11,899 bases of DNA, taken from NCBI GenBank assembly GCA_020352555.1, contig CP070680.1:558091-569989 (forward strand), in the 5' to 3' direction. The DNA is from a candidate division WOR-3 bacterium (GTDB taxonomy: Bacteria > Hydrothermota > Tepidihabitantia > Tepidihabitantales > Tepidihabitantaceae). Below the pieces are notes generated by a model, which saw only the letters and a program-made list of their open reading frames with translations, was not told the DNA's origin and made no database searches. This document shows positions 1 to 7,995 of this stretch, piece by piece (position 1 is the first letter of the stretch; the number at the start of each line of letters is the position of its first letter). The position numbers were made by a program, and so were the translations under genes.

Positions 1-232
1 CCATGCCATCGAGCTGAAGGCAAGGCAGGTGCTGAACTCGGCAGATGTGCCGAGCATGCTGTATGTCTTCTATCTCAATTATGCCCGTGAGCTGCACAGG
101 CTGAGCAAGCGGCTTTCCGGGCCTTCGCTTGTGCGCGAGGCGAACGTGCTGCTTGAGAAGTGGGTGGCAAGGACGCTTGAGCGCACGGCGCTTGAACGTA
201 TCCGGGACGAGGCGTTCTCGGTCGGGACCTAG
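1..232 (+). CDS. 3' end of a gene of unknown function (open to window start; stop TAG 230..232)
   Basis: Frame 2 is open from position 2 (HAIELKARQVLNSADV...) with no stop until TAG at 230..232. The track's Met at 29 is internal. The translated sequence has no recognisable motif. Confidence 0.45.
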   Translation, partial: HAIELKARQVLNSADVPSMLYVFYLNYARELHRLSKRLSGPSLVREANVLLEKWVARTLERTALERIRDEAFSVGT

Positions 233-3200
233 CGCTGAATCACGACCTTCTGAGTAGCTGCGAAGCCCTCGGCTTCGAGCTTCACCACATACACCCCGGC
301 GCTGAGGTGTCTGAGGTCAAGCGGCACCACCCCTCGGTGAGCTGGCAGGGCCAGCTCTCTTGTCTCCGCCACACGTCCTGCCACGTCATAGAAGGTCAGG
401 CAGCAGGTCTGGGCTGCAGGCATCACGTAGCACAGGCGGCAGCGCCGACCAGCCGCCACACTCGGCACCAGCTCTGCCTGTATTCGCCCAGGCAGAAGCC
501 CTTTCTCCTTCGCGATTCCCGGCCTGCCTGCGCCCTGAAAATACACGTCGTCGAGCATGAACGAGCCGTGGATGGCCCTGTTGGTCCGATGCCTGAAACC
601 GATGTAGATGGTGTCGCCGTCGTGCGTGTCCAGGCTGCGCCAGACCACTTGCCAGTCATGACCCGCAGTATCGGACGCGTAGAGCCGTTCCAGCCTGTTG
701 TCCGGATCCTGCCTGTCCATTGTCCAGACCTCGTACAGCAGGCCGGAATCCGCCCGGCAGACGAATCCGACAGTATCTCCGGTCAATGCGCTCGGCACAG
801 CAGCATCAGTGAACAACCAGTCGTCCATTCCTCCAACTACCCACTCGACCGCTGACGAAGCACATGACCGGCCGGTATGCGAGGCCGTGCTGTCGCGCTT
901 CCAGGTCTGACTTCCTCTGTCGTTGTTCACTGCCACCCAGCCGGAAGGCGGAAAAAGCGTGTCCTCAAAGTCCTCGATCCAGTACGTGCCGGTCGGAAAA
1001 ACAAGGGCGCTGACCGTGGCCGTATCGTTGTAGGGATTGTCGTCACAGGCACAGGCGGCGAGTGAGAATAGGTGCATTTGGTAGCCCTGTAGAGGTGGAA
1101 CCAGGAAGTACATCTCGACCGGGATTGTATCGCCCGGCCTGACTTCCGGGACCCTGGCCGAATCGAGAGGTGTGAGCAGGTCGAGGAGCGCTATGACGTC
1201 TACGTCCGTGGCAGCCGAGTCACCTGTGTTCAAGAGGAAGCCGGATAGGACATTTGTGTCGCCTGCGACTGCAGGATAGCGAACCGACTCCGAATCGCAC
1301 AGCACCGCGACATCAATGACCCCGGACGGCTCGACATAGTCAACCTTCAGGTAGGGACGATTGGGAGAACTACGCCCGTAGATGAGGCCGGCGGGCCACG
1401 AGCTTACATCGAAGCCCGTCACGAACCACCCCCTGCCAATGTCGCCCTGCAGAGCGGAATCCCCTTCAGGTGTGAATATCGTGCCGTTCCAGCCTGCCCG
1501 GGGGCAATCGACTCCGGGACTGACGCTGCGCGACCCGAGGTGGGCCAAGTACAGCTCCTCGCTGTCGGCAACAACAGGGTCTACCCGGATGTTGGCTACC
1601 CTGATACTTGTCAGGTCAGAGTCGGGCAACAGGAAGAAGCACAACTCGCAGAATAGGATTTCCGACCCGAATCTCAGCGGATTGAGGTCGAACTTCGCCC
1701 ACCCGTAGCTCAACGAGTTCCTATCATACATGACTATGTCCCCGTCCTCCTTCGGCCCGATGGCGCCGCCATACCAACGTTTCTGCGACCCGGTCCAGAA
1801 GGGCTGAATCTGAGCAATGAGGAAGACACTGTCCGGGTGAGTCTCCAGCACGCGCACTGGGATGGCGGCGGCGTTGTTGTCCGGATTGTAGTCCTCCGGG
1901 AGCATGGTCGAGCACTTCGCCACAAACCGTCCCAGAGAATCCGGCACCCATTTCCTGAAATTGACCGTGCAGGCTCGACCCCCGTCCAGCAGGACGGAGG
2001 TATCGTTGCTGTAGGCCTCTCCAATCGTGAAGCGAATCGGGAGTGTCCAGGGATGTGTCCCGTAGTTGTGCACGCGGGCCGACGGGACGAATGTGTCGCC
2101 AACGACCCCAAACCCGCGTGGCGTGAGAATTGCCGAACATCCAGCATCGGCCCGATGAACCTCGACGGTACAGACAACGCAGTCATTTCCAGGCCGTTCG
2201 TCTCCGGAGAGCATGGTCGAGCACCTGACTGCAAGAGTGCCGAGTTCGGCAACCATCCAGGGCGGAAATGAGACCGTGTCCCGCTCACCGCCGTCGAGGA
2301 ACAGCGTGGTGTCTGAGAGATAGCGGGTGCCGATGCTGAATCTGACCGGGACGGTCTGAGGTTCCAGGCCCCGGTTTGCCACAACCGCCCTGGGGACGAC
2401 CACCGCGCCCGAATCGATTCGTCCGAAGGGCGACAGAAGCCGGATGACTCCCGCATCTCTTTGCACCATGCTGTAGAGCAGAACCAGCTCTGGTGTAGAG
2501 TCGTCGCTGGCATCTCCATGCCCAGAGTGGCATCGTATGCCGAGCGATATCGTATCGGCCGGCAGCGTTTCCAGCAGTCGGTGAGCTTTGACAAGGTTTC
2601 GGTGAACCCAGCCGAGGTTATCCTGAAGCGTATCGCCGAGAGGACGGCCTTCATACAGAGCCCACCACAGCGGTTCCGGTTCGGTTTCAACGGGGTCACA
2701 TTCGATCAGCACGATTGTGGTCGTCGGCAGCCCCTGATGCCACCAGAGGTGGTACCGCAGGCCGGCCCAATCGATCCGGGCGTCGGTCGGGACAGACGTA
2801 AGGGCAAATGATAGGTAGCCGTGATAGAACCACCCGAAGGGTTCCAGGTTACCGGGCTCCTTCCAGAACTCCCAGTCCCAGTTGCAGGCAGTGCCAATGA
2901 CATGGGCTGGCACCGTAGTGCCCTCCGCTGCCTCGACTGAGTCAAGCAACCTGTCATTGCCCGGTCGCTCGTCGAGGTCAAGCATCGTTGAGCAACTGAC
3001 CACGTAGCGTCCCGAGTCCATAGGCACCCACGGTGGGAACGAGACGACTGTGGTTTCCCCCGCAGCCACGGAGGCCGTCGTTTCTGCCTCGTACATACCG
3101 CCTATGGACATCCGCACCGGGAATGTCTCGGCCACCTCTCCATAGTTCACAACCTGGGCTCGTGGAACGATAGGGAAACCAGTGGCTGTCTTACCGGTCG

Positions 3201-3363
3201 GTCTGAGGATCGCGGCTGTTCCGACATCCCGCAGCAAGGTTTCCACCCGAATCGAATAGACATCCGCATCGTCTCTGAACTCGCGGTCCTGCGCGAGCAA
3301 CGCCGCCAAGGCCATGATTGTGACCAGGAGCGTGCCGGTGGTCCGGCGTGAATGGTGGTTCAT
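229..3363 (-). CDS. Large T9SS-secreted surface protein with an N-terminal signal peptide, three CARDB-like repeats, an unassigned central region, a choice-of-anchor-J / cleaved-adhesin-like domain and a Por_Secre_tail C-terminal sorting domain
   Basis: The 1044-aa ORF starts MNHHSRRTTGTLLVTIMALAALLAQD, which reads as a signal peptide. Three ~100-aa repeats end in D-ERPGND / PEDYNPDNN motifs (VNYGEVAETFPVRMSIGG..., VANRGLEPQTVPVRFSIGT..., VHNYGTHPWTLPIRFTIGE...), typical of CARDB. The region YWIEDFEDTLFPPSGWVAVNNDRGSQTW...IYIGFRHRT...FMLDDVYF matches the MAM-like choice-of-anchor-J / Cleaved_Adhesin pattern. The C-terminus LTFYDVAGRVAETRELALP...LSAGVYVVKLEAEGFAATQKVVIQR matches the T9SS CTD consensus. 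Stop TAG is on the minus strand at 229..231. Confidence 0.85.
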   Translation of the reverse strand: MNHHSRRTTGTLLVTIMALAALLAQDREFRDDADVYSIRVETLLRDVGTAAILRPTGKTATGFPIVPRAQVVNYGEVAETFPVRMSIGGMYEAETTASVAAGETTVVSFPPWVPMDSGRYVVSCSTMLDLDERPGNDRLLDSVEAAEGTTVPAHVIGTACNWDWEFWKEPGNLEPFGWFYHGYLSFALTSVPTDARIDWAGLRYHLWWHQGLPTTTIVLIECDPVETEPEPLWWALYEGRPLGDTLQDNLGWVHRNLVKAHRLLETLPADTISLGIRCHSGHGDASDDSTPELVLLYSMVQRDAGVIRLLSPFGRIDSGAVVVPRAVVANRGLEPQTVPVRFSIGTRYLSDTTLFLDGGERDTVSFPPWMVAELGTLAVRCSTMLSGDERPGNDCVVCTVEVHRADAGCSAILTPRGFGVVGDTFVPSARVHNYGTHPWTLPIRFTIGEAYSNDTSVLLDGGRACTVNFRKWVPDSLGRFVAKCSTMLPEDYNPDNNAAAIPVRVLETHPDSVFLIAQIQPFWTGSQKRWYGGAIGPKEDGDIVMYDRNSLSYGWAKFDLNPLRFGSEILFCELCFFLLPDSDLTSIRVANIRVDPVVADSEELYLAHLGSRSVSPGVDCPRAGWNGTIFTPEGDSALQGDIGRGWFVTGFDVSSWPAGLIYGRSSPNRPYLKVDYVEPSGVIDVAVLCDSESVRYPAVAGDTNVLSGFLLNTGDSAATDVDVIALLDLLTPLDSARVPEVRPGDTIPVEMYFLVPPLQGYQMHLFSLAACACDDNPYNDTATVSALVFPTGTYWIEDFEDTLFPPSGWVAVNNDRGSQTWKRDSTASHTGRSCASSAVEWVVGGMDDWLFTDAAVPSALTGDTVGFVCRADSGLLYEVWTMDRQDPDNRLERLYASDTAGHDWQVVWRSLDTHDGDTIYIGFRHRTNRAIHGSFMLDDVYFQGAGRPGIAKEKGLLPGRIQAELVPSVAAGRRCRLCYVMPAAQTCCLTFYDVAGRVAETRELALPAHRGVVPLDLRHLSAGVYVVKLEAEGFAATQKVVIQR
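232..500 (-). other. Region encoding the T9SS (Por_Secre_tail-type) C-terminal sorting domain of the 229..3363 protein
   Basis: The last ~90 aa contain ...YDVAGRV.....G.....L..LSAGVYVVKL.A.G......KVVIQR, which is the CTD beta-sandwich signature. The domain boundary is approximate. Confidence 0.6.
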
Positions 3364-3386
3364 GATTCAGCCCCTAAGACCATCTG

Positions 3387-3415
3387 AATCTAGGCCTGTT
3401 TTCTTCTCTTGTCAA
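3387..3415 (-). promoter_or_regulatory. Candidate sigma70-type promoter for the 229..3363 gene (-35 TTGACA, 17-nt spacer, -10 TAGATT on the minus strand)
   Basis: The minus strand reads cTTGACAagagaagaaaacaggccTAGATTcagatggtcttAGGGGctgaatcATG. On plus coordinates TGTCAA is at 3410..3415, there is a 17-nt spacer, and AATCTA is at 3387..3392. The ATG at 3363 is preceded by AGGGG. Confidence 0.4.
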
Positions 3416-3418
3416 GAG
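3406..3418. promoter_or_regulatory. Perfect 13-bp palindrome CTCTTGTCAAGAG overlapping the -35 element, itself flanked by a 7-bp inverted repeat GGCCTGT (3393..3399) / ACAGGCC (3429..3435). Candidate operator.
   Basis: Read directly from the sequence. The palindrome is centred on T3412 and all six flanking pairs are complementary. Confidence 0.35.
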
Positions 3419-3518
3419 GGATAGTCAGACAGGCCCTGAACGCGGGAGGAACACTGCGGGCGGCAGATACTGCCCGGGCTCTTTTTTCAGTGTAACGACA
3501 GTCGGGCGGAAGGGGAGG

Positions 3519-4226
3519 TCAGTGCAGGACTACCCAGGCGTCGGCCGGCATTCCGGGTTTGAACACCCGGTCGGTGTTGGGCAAAGAGACCTTGAGCCGG
3601 CAGACCGAGTTGACGCGCTCTTCGCGGGTCTGGATGTCCTTGGGTGTGAACTCGGCCTGCTCAGAGATGAAAGTGATGCTGCCTGAAAAGTCGCGGTCCG
3701 GATACGCGTCGACCTTAACGAGCACCGAGTCGCCAAGCCTGACCTGGCCGAGCAGGCGCTCGGGCAGGTAGACTGTAAGCCAGGTCTGGTCCAGGTCAGT
3801 GATGGTAGCTACGGTCTGGCCAGGGTTGACGGTCTCGCCCGGCCGGAAAACCAGGGTGGAGACCACACCAGGGACCGGTGCGAGCACGGTGCAGTCATTG
3901 AGCCGGGCAAGGGCAAGCTCGTACTGGGCCCGGGCTGCTGAGGCGGCAGTTGCTGCTGCATCGGACGCAGACTTGGCAGCTTGGGATTCGGCCCGTGCCT
4001 TGTCAAGGTCCTGGGCTGACAGGTCGCCGTTTCTGGCAAGGGCGCTGAGCCGGTTGAGGGTTGCTGAAGCCAGCTCGCTCCGGGCCTGGGCAGCGTTCTG
4101 TGCTGCAATGGCTGACTGCCACTGGCTGCGCGCTGCGCTGGCAGCCAGTGAGTAGTTGGCAGTGTCGAGCTTGGCAAATGTCGGGGACATAATACGACTT
4201 ATCTGCGCCGAGAAGATGCAGCGCAT
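3519..4226 (-). CDS. HlyD-family membrane-fusion / periplasmic adaptor protein, N-terminally truncated fragment (possible pseudogene)
   Basis: The Ala/Gln-rich coiled-coil hairpin (AKLDTANYSLAASAARSQWQSAIAAQNAAQ...AQYELALARL) is followed by VLAPVPGVVSTLVFRPGETVNPGQTVATITDLDQTWLTVYLPERLLGQVRLGDSVLVKVDAYPDRDFSGSITFIS...KPGMPADAWVVL, which is the adaptor lipoyl/beta-barrel signature. There is no TM anchor or first lipoyl half-domain. No in-frame start exists between Met4226 and the stop of the upstream SPFH gene. The fragment uses a TGA stop. Confidence 0.6.
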   Translation of the reverse strand: MRCIFSAQISRIMSPTFAKLDTANYSLAASAARSQWQSAIAAQNAAQARSELASATLNRLSALARNGDLSAQDLDKARAESQAAKSASDAAATAASAARAQYELALARLNDCTVLAPVPGVVSTLVFRPGETVNPGQTVATITDLDQTWLTVYLPERLLGQVRLGDSVLVKVDAYPDRDFSGSITFISEQAEFTPKDIQTREERVNSVCRLKVSLPNTDRVFKPGMPADAWVVLH

Positions 4227-4355
4227 TCCGCTTTCTGCGCTGCGGACCGAGGAGGGACAGGATTGGCCGAAGCTGGTGCTGGTGAAGTAGGTCGGGACTC
4301 GTGCAAGAGGCAGGGCGGCAAGTGCCGCCCTGCCTCGCTCTGGGTGGAGTGCTGA

Positions 4356-5267
4356 CTAGCGGTTGACGTTGAGCATCGGGATGAGGTCCTGGTCGAACGG
4401 CATGACGACAAAGGTGGTGTTCTGGCTCTCGGCAACCCTCTTGAGCGTCTCGACGTAGTACCAGGTCAGGTAGTTTGACGTCAGCGAGCCGGCAATCGTC
4501 CTGTTGGCTGCCGCGATGCCGCCGGCCTCTATTTCCTTGCGCTCGGCTTCGCGCTTCTCCTTGGCCAGGGTGAACTCCATCTTCTGGGCGTTCTGGTCCT
4601 CGGCCAGCTTCTGCTCGATGGCGGTCATGACGATGTCGGGCAGCTTGACCCGGCGCAGCAGGACCCGCTCGCGGATGACGCCCTTGTCGGCGAATGCGAC
4701 ATCCATCAGCGAATCGACCTGGACGGTGTAGGCGGTACGGCCGGCAGAGGAGTAGAGCTCGGAGGCGGTGAAGCGCGACGCGGCGTCGCGCAGCGCGGTG
4801 CGGATCGAAGGCCGGACGATCTTCTCGACGTAGTTGGGTCCGATGTTCTTGTAGACCCAGCTCGCCATCTTTTCGTCGAGCCGGTACCAGGTGGTCACGT
4901 CGAGCTGGACGGTGAGACCGTCGGACGCGAGTGCGTCGATGGCGTCGTCGCCTTTGATCTGGCCTTCTTCGCGCATCGACGACATGGTGTAGGCGTTGGT
5001 GCGCACGTCCATGAGCACGACGTTGACGATCGGCAGCACGACGTTGAGCCCGCTCTGCATCTGGTTCTGGACCCGTCCGAGCAGCACCGGCACCCCGGCG
5101 TGGCCTGGCGGCACGATGCGGAAGAACGAGATGCCGAACAGGATGCCGACGATGACGATGGCGATGATGCCGACGCGCTTGGCGTAGAGCCGGGCCTTGC
5201 CGCTCTGCCGGATGGCCACGTAGGCGATAATGGCGGCGATGGTGAGGGCGATGACTACTCCGAACAT
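4356..5267 (-). CDS. SPFH / band-7 (prohibitin/stomatin/HflKC-like) membrane protein
   Basis: An N-terminal hydrophobic anchor is followed by RIVPPGHAGVPVLLGRVQNQ...GLNVVLPIV..V..MDVRTN...DGLTVQLDVTTWYRL...YVEKIVRPSIRTALRDAASRFTASELYSS... and a coiled-coil KLAEDQNAQKMEFTLAKEKREAERKEIEAGG, typical of SPFH proteins. SD GGAGGT lies 4 nt before the ATG. Stop is TAG. Confidence 0.8.
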   Translation of the reverse strand: MFGVVIALTIAAIIAYVAIRQSGKARLYAKRVGIIAIVIVGILFGISFFRIVPPGHAGVPVLLGRVQNQMQSGLNVVLPIVNVVLMDVRTNAYTMSSMREEGQIKGDDAIDALASDGLTVQLDVTTWYRLDEKMASWVYKNIGPNYVEKIVRPSIRTALRDAASRFTASELYSSAGRTAYTVQVDSLMDVAFADKGVIRERVLLRRVKLPDIVMTAIEQKLAEDQNAQKMEFTLAKEKREAERKEIEAGGIAAANRTIAGSLTSNYLTWYYVETLKRVAESQNTTFVVMPFDQDLIPMLNVNR

Positions 5268-5349
5268 CTTACCTCCAGTCCTTGGTTGTGGTTCTGTCTT
5301 TTGTCTCTGCCCTGTCGGTCACTGTCTGTTCTACACGCAGAAGGCCGCG

Positions 5350-6786
5350 ATGTCAAACCGCATACGCCTGCGGCCCGGCTTGCTCACGAGTGATGGTCCG
5401 GCTACAATCAGCCACTTGGCCCAGGACAACGCCGACGCTGCGTCCGTGAAACCCGATAAGGGCATGAGGTCGGTGGTGCGTCGGCCCCAGTTCCTGATTT
5501 TCGCGATATCCCAGTCGGTTTCCCTGTTCGGCGACAAGCTCGACTACATGGCGATGCTGGCCCTGATCGCGTTTTTCGCCGAGCGTGGAGGATGGGACAG
5601 CAGCCGGGCGATAGCTGCGCTGGCGGTCGTGGCCGCGCTGCCGACGGTGATGTTCGGGCCGCTGGCCGGGGTGTTCGTCGACCGTCGGGACCGGCGCAAG
5701 GTGATGGTGCTCTGCGACTCGGCCCGGGCGCTGATGGTGCTCGCGGTGCCGTTCGCAGCGCTGGCAACGGGCAGCATCTGGATCATCTTCGTCATCGCGT
5801 TCGCGGTGTTCCTCTGCGGCCTGGTGTTCAACACCACCCGGCTGTCGGTGCTGCCCAACCTGGTCAGCGACGAGCAGATCGCTCCGCCGAACCGGCTGCT
5901 GGCCGCGAATTCGTTCATGAACGTAACCGGCAGGGTTGCGACTCTGCTTGGGATGGTGCTGGGCGGGTTGATTGTCGACTGGACCGGCTGGCAGCGGATC
6001 GGTATCACCTATTCGTGGAGCGCGGGGTTCTATGTCGACGCGCTGACCTATGCGGTGTCGGTGCTCGGGCTGCTGCTGATCTATCAGCGGATATCGGTGG
6101 GCCCTCGAATCGGGGTGGGCAGGACCGGTGATAGGTCGTCTTTCGGGCGGCTGGCCCGGGACAAGTTCCTTCACGTGATGGACGACCTCAGAGGCGCATG
6201 GCATGTGATGGTGCGGGAGCCGTCAGTGCTGTTTGTCTACTGCGTGGTCGTCGCGTTCGTCCTAATCGGCGCGGGATTTACCGTGCTTTTCATCCCGCTG
6301 GTTCAGGGCGGAGCCGAAGTCGAGGGCCTGGGGCTCGGCACCCGGGGTGTCGGAATCCTGGCCGGCATCGGTTCGGTCGGGCTGATTCTTTCCTCGCTCG
6401 GCTACGGGATTGCAGGGCACGGGCTGAAGCGGTACCAGGCGGTGCTGGGTTCGATTGTCACGCTGGGAATCGCCATTGCGGTCATCGCAGTCTGGCGTTC
6501 ACTGGTGGCGGTTTGTGCTGCCGCGTTCGTCGCCGGTCTGGCGATTTCACCGGTGTACATCGGCCTGGACACACTGCTGCACGAGACCGTACCGGCCGAG
6601 GCGCGCGGGCGGGTGTTCTCGACCCGGGAGTGGATAATGCACGTGTTCTTTGCCGGAATGGCGTTCCTGCTCGGACAGCTCACCCGGGTCGTGCCGAAGC
6701 GGGACCTGCTGTTTGTCGTCGGGGTGCTCGTCGCAGCGGCCGGGGTGGCCGGTTTCTTTCTTACTCACCGACAGAGGATAGGATAG
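5350..6786 (+). CDS. MFS transporter (DHA3/EntS-like efflux family)
   Basis: There are about 12 predicted TM segments. The N-terminal MFS motif is RRPQFLIFAISQSVSLFGDKLDYMAM, then GPLAGVFVDRRDRRKVMVL. The track start 5230 overlaps the divergent SPFH start. ATG 5350 is preceded by GAAGG 7 nt upstream, and ATG 5464 (MRSVVRR) is an alternative start. Stop is TAG. Confidence 0.75.
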   Translation: MSNRIRLRPGLLTSDGPATISHLAQDNADAASVKPDKGMRSVVRRPQFLIFAISQSVSLFGDKLDYMAMLALIAFFAERGGWDSSRAIAALAVVAALPTVMFGPLAGVFVDRRDRRKVMVLCDSARALMVLAVPFAALATGSIWIIFVIAFAVFLCGLVFNTTRLSVLPNLVSDEQIAPPNRLLAANSFMNVTGRVATLLGMVLGGLIVDWTGWQRIGITYSWSAGFYVDALTYAVSVLGLLLIYQRISVGPRIGVGRTGDRSSFGRLARDKFLHVMDDLRGAWHVMVREPSVLFVYCVVVAFVLIGAGFTVLFIPLVQGGAEVEGLGLGTRGVGILAGIGSVGLILSSLGYGIAGHGLKRYQAVLGSIVTLGIAIAVIAVWRSLVAVCAAAFVAGLAISPVYIGLDTLLHETVPAEARGRVFSTREWIMHVFFAGMAFLLGQLTRVVPKRDLLFVVGVLVAAAGVAGFFLTHRQRIG

Positions 6787-6797
6787 CAGAGCCGGGG

Positions 6798-7844
6798 TCA
6801 GCGCAGGGTCGCTGGGGTGTGCCTGGTCACGGCCTGATGGGTCGCGGCCCTCTTTTCGGAGTGCACCGCTTGTCGGAGCCACTCGTCCACAAGTCGGACA
6901 GCGCGAGGCGCATCGTCGTGCAGGCAGTACCTTACCCCGGTAGACGGCTGATGCAGGGGGAAGCGGTCGAGCGCGGCCAGGAAACGCTCGAGCGCTCTGG
7001 GCAGGCGGCGGATGCTGCCGATCATGCCCCAGCCCGAGGCGGCCAGCATCCTGGCATTCAGTTCCTGCTCGTACTGGCCCTGCTGAGGAAAAACGAGCAG
7101 CGGCTTGCCCAGGGACAAGCATTCGGAAATGAGCTGGTGTCCTGCCGGCGCGACGATGCCGAGGCAGGACGCCAGTGAATCGGTGAAGCTGCTATGCCCT
7201 GACGGAAAGACCCTGAAGTTCGTGTCCGGGAATCGGCCCAGTGCCGGGACTACGTGTTCGCGAAACGCCTCGCGGGCATAGACGAAGACGAAGTCTCCCC
7301 GGGTCGGCGTCTTGCCGGTGACCTCCTGCCGGATCAGCGGTCCGACATCACCGTTGTAGAACGACGAGGTGATATGGGCGTTGCCGTAGGGCATCATCAC
7401 CCGGTTGATGAACCAGGCCAGGAGCCACGAGGGCTTGAGCGACCTGTGGGTGTCAACCACGCCCTGGTGATTGAAGAGCAGAACCGGGATGCCTGCACGC
7501 TTGGCTGCCAGCGGGCCGAAGGGCTCGTAGTCCGAGATCAGCGCCTGGATTCCCATGTCCTGCAGCCGGTCGGCAAGCCGGCGGGTCGTCCAAGGGCGGC
7601 GCAGGAAGTGGCCGGAGTTGAACACCAGGGTGCGGCCGACATCGACCGAATTGTAGCGATAGATGGTTCTCAGATACGGGATGGGTGTGAAATCGAAGTC
7701 CGGGAACCTGGGGCGCAATCTGTCCCAGGTGTGGTCCGGGCACAGGAGCGAGACCCGGTGTTCACCGGACAGTCCCTGGCACAGGGCCGCCATCCTGGTG
7801 GCGTGACCAGAGCCTTCTCCGTTGAGCGAGACCGCTACGTTCAA
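6798..7844 (-). CDS. GT-B fold glycosyltransferase (MurG/GT28- or GT1-like)
   Basis: An N-terminal Gly-rich G-x-G-H motif (VAVSLNGEGSGHATRMAAL) sits next to the start. The C-terminal donor-binding region is IVAPAGHQLISECLSLGKPLLVFPQQGQYEQELNARMLAASGWG. The start codon is TTG, since a TAA stop lies six codons upstream in frame and there is no ATG. Stop is TGA. Confidence 0.65.
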   Translation of the reverse strand: MNVAVSLNGEGSGHATRMAALCQGLSGEHRVSLLCPDHTWDRLRPRFPDFDFTPIPYLRTIYRYNSVDVGRTLVFNSGHFLRRPWTTRRLADRLQDMGIQALISDYEPFGPLAAKRAGIPVLLFNHQGVVDTHRSLKPSWLLAWFINRVMMPYGNAHITSSFYNGDVGPLIRQEVTGKTPTRGDFVFVYAREAFREHVVPALGRFPDTNFRVFPSGHSSFTDSLASCLGIVAPAGHQLISECLSLGKPLLVFPQQGQYEQELNARMLAASGWGMIGSIRRLPRALERFLAALDRFPLHQPSTGVRYCLHDDAPRAVRLVDEWLRQAVHSEKRAATHQAVTRHTPATLR

Positions 7845-7995
7845 GGCGTTAGTGTACCTCGATTAGGCCGTGTGCCAGGGCTGTCATAAGTCCGTCACCC
7901 ATCTTCGACAGAGTATGTCTCCGGTGCCACTTAGTCAAGTGCGTGAAGTGAATGGCGCCCCTGGTGTCGAGCCGGCGGGCAGATGTTGCCCGAGC

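Noticed and set aside
1734-2699. 321-aa minus ORF and the other small ORFs nested in 229..3363
   Set aside because: These are alternative frames within the 1044-aa CARDB/T9SS protein gene. They have no independent support.
3440-3490. Hairpin GGCAG-ATA-CTGCC followed by a T6 run on the plus strand (terminator-like)
   Set aside because: No plus-strand gene ends upstream of it. The T-run is 7 nt away from a weak 5-bp stem. On the minus strand it is an A-run, not a U-run, so it does not terminate the HlyD fragment either.
5353-6204. 283-aa minus ORF and other overlapping ORFs (5408..5767, 5544..6008, 5592..6131, 6198..7178, 6547..7122)
   Set aside because: These are antisense or alternative frames of the MFS transporter and glycosyltransferase genes. 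Their translations are low-complexity (R/P/G/A-rich) with no motifs.
6787-6830. Possible bidirectional terminator between convergent MFS and GT genes
   Set aside because: Only a 5-bp CAGCG/CGCTG stem was found, with no U-tract. The genes are 11 bp apart, so any terminator would lie inside coding sequence.
7870-7995. CQGCH (CxxCH heme-c motif) in the N-terminal extension MCQGCHKSV... of the track ORF
   Set aside because: It lies upstream of the likely start and of the signal peptide. It would be cytoplasmic and precede the export signal, so it is a chance match.
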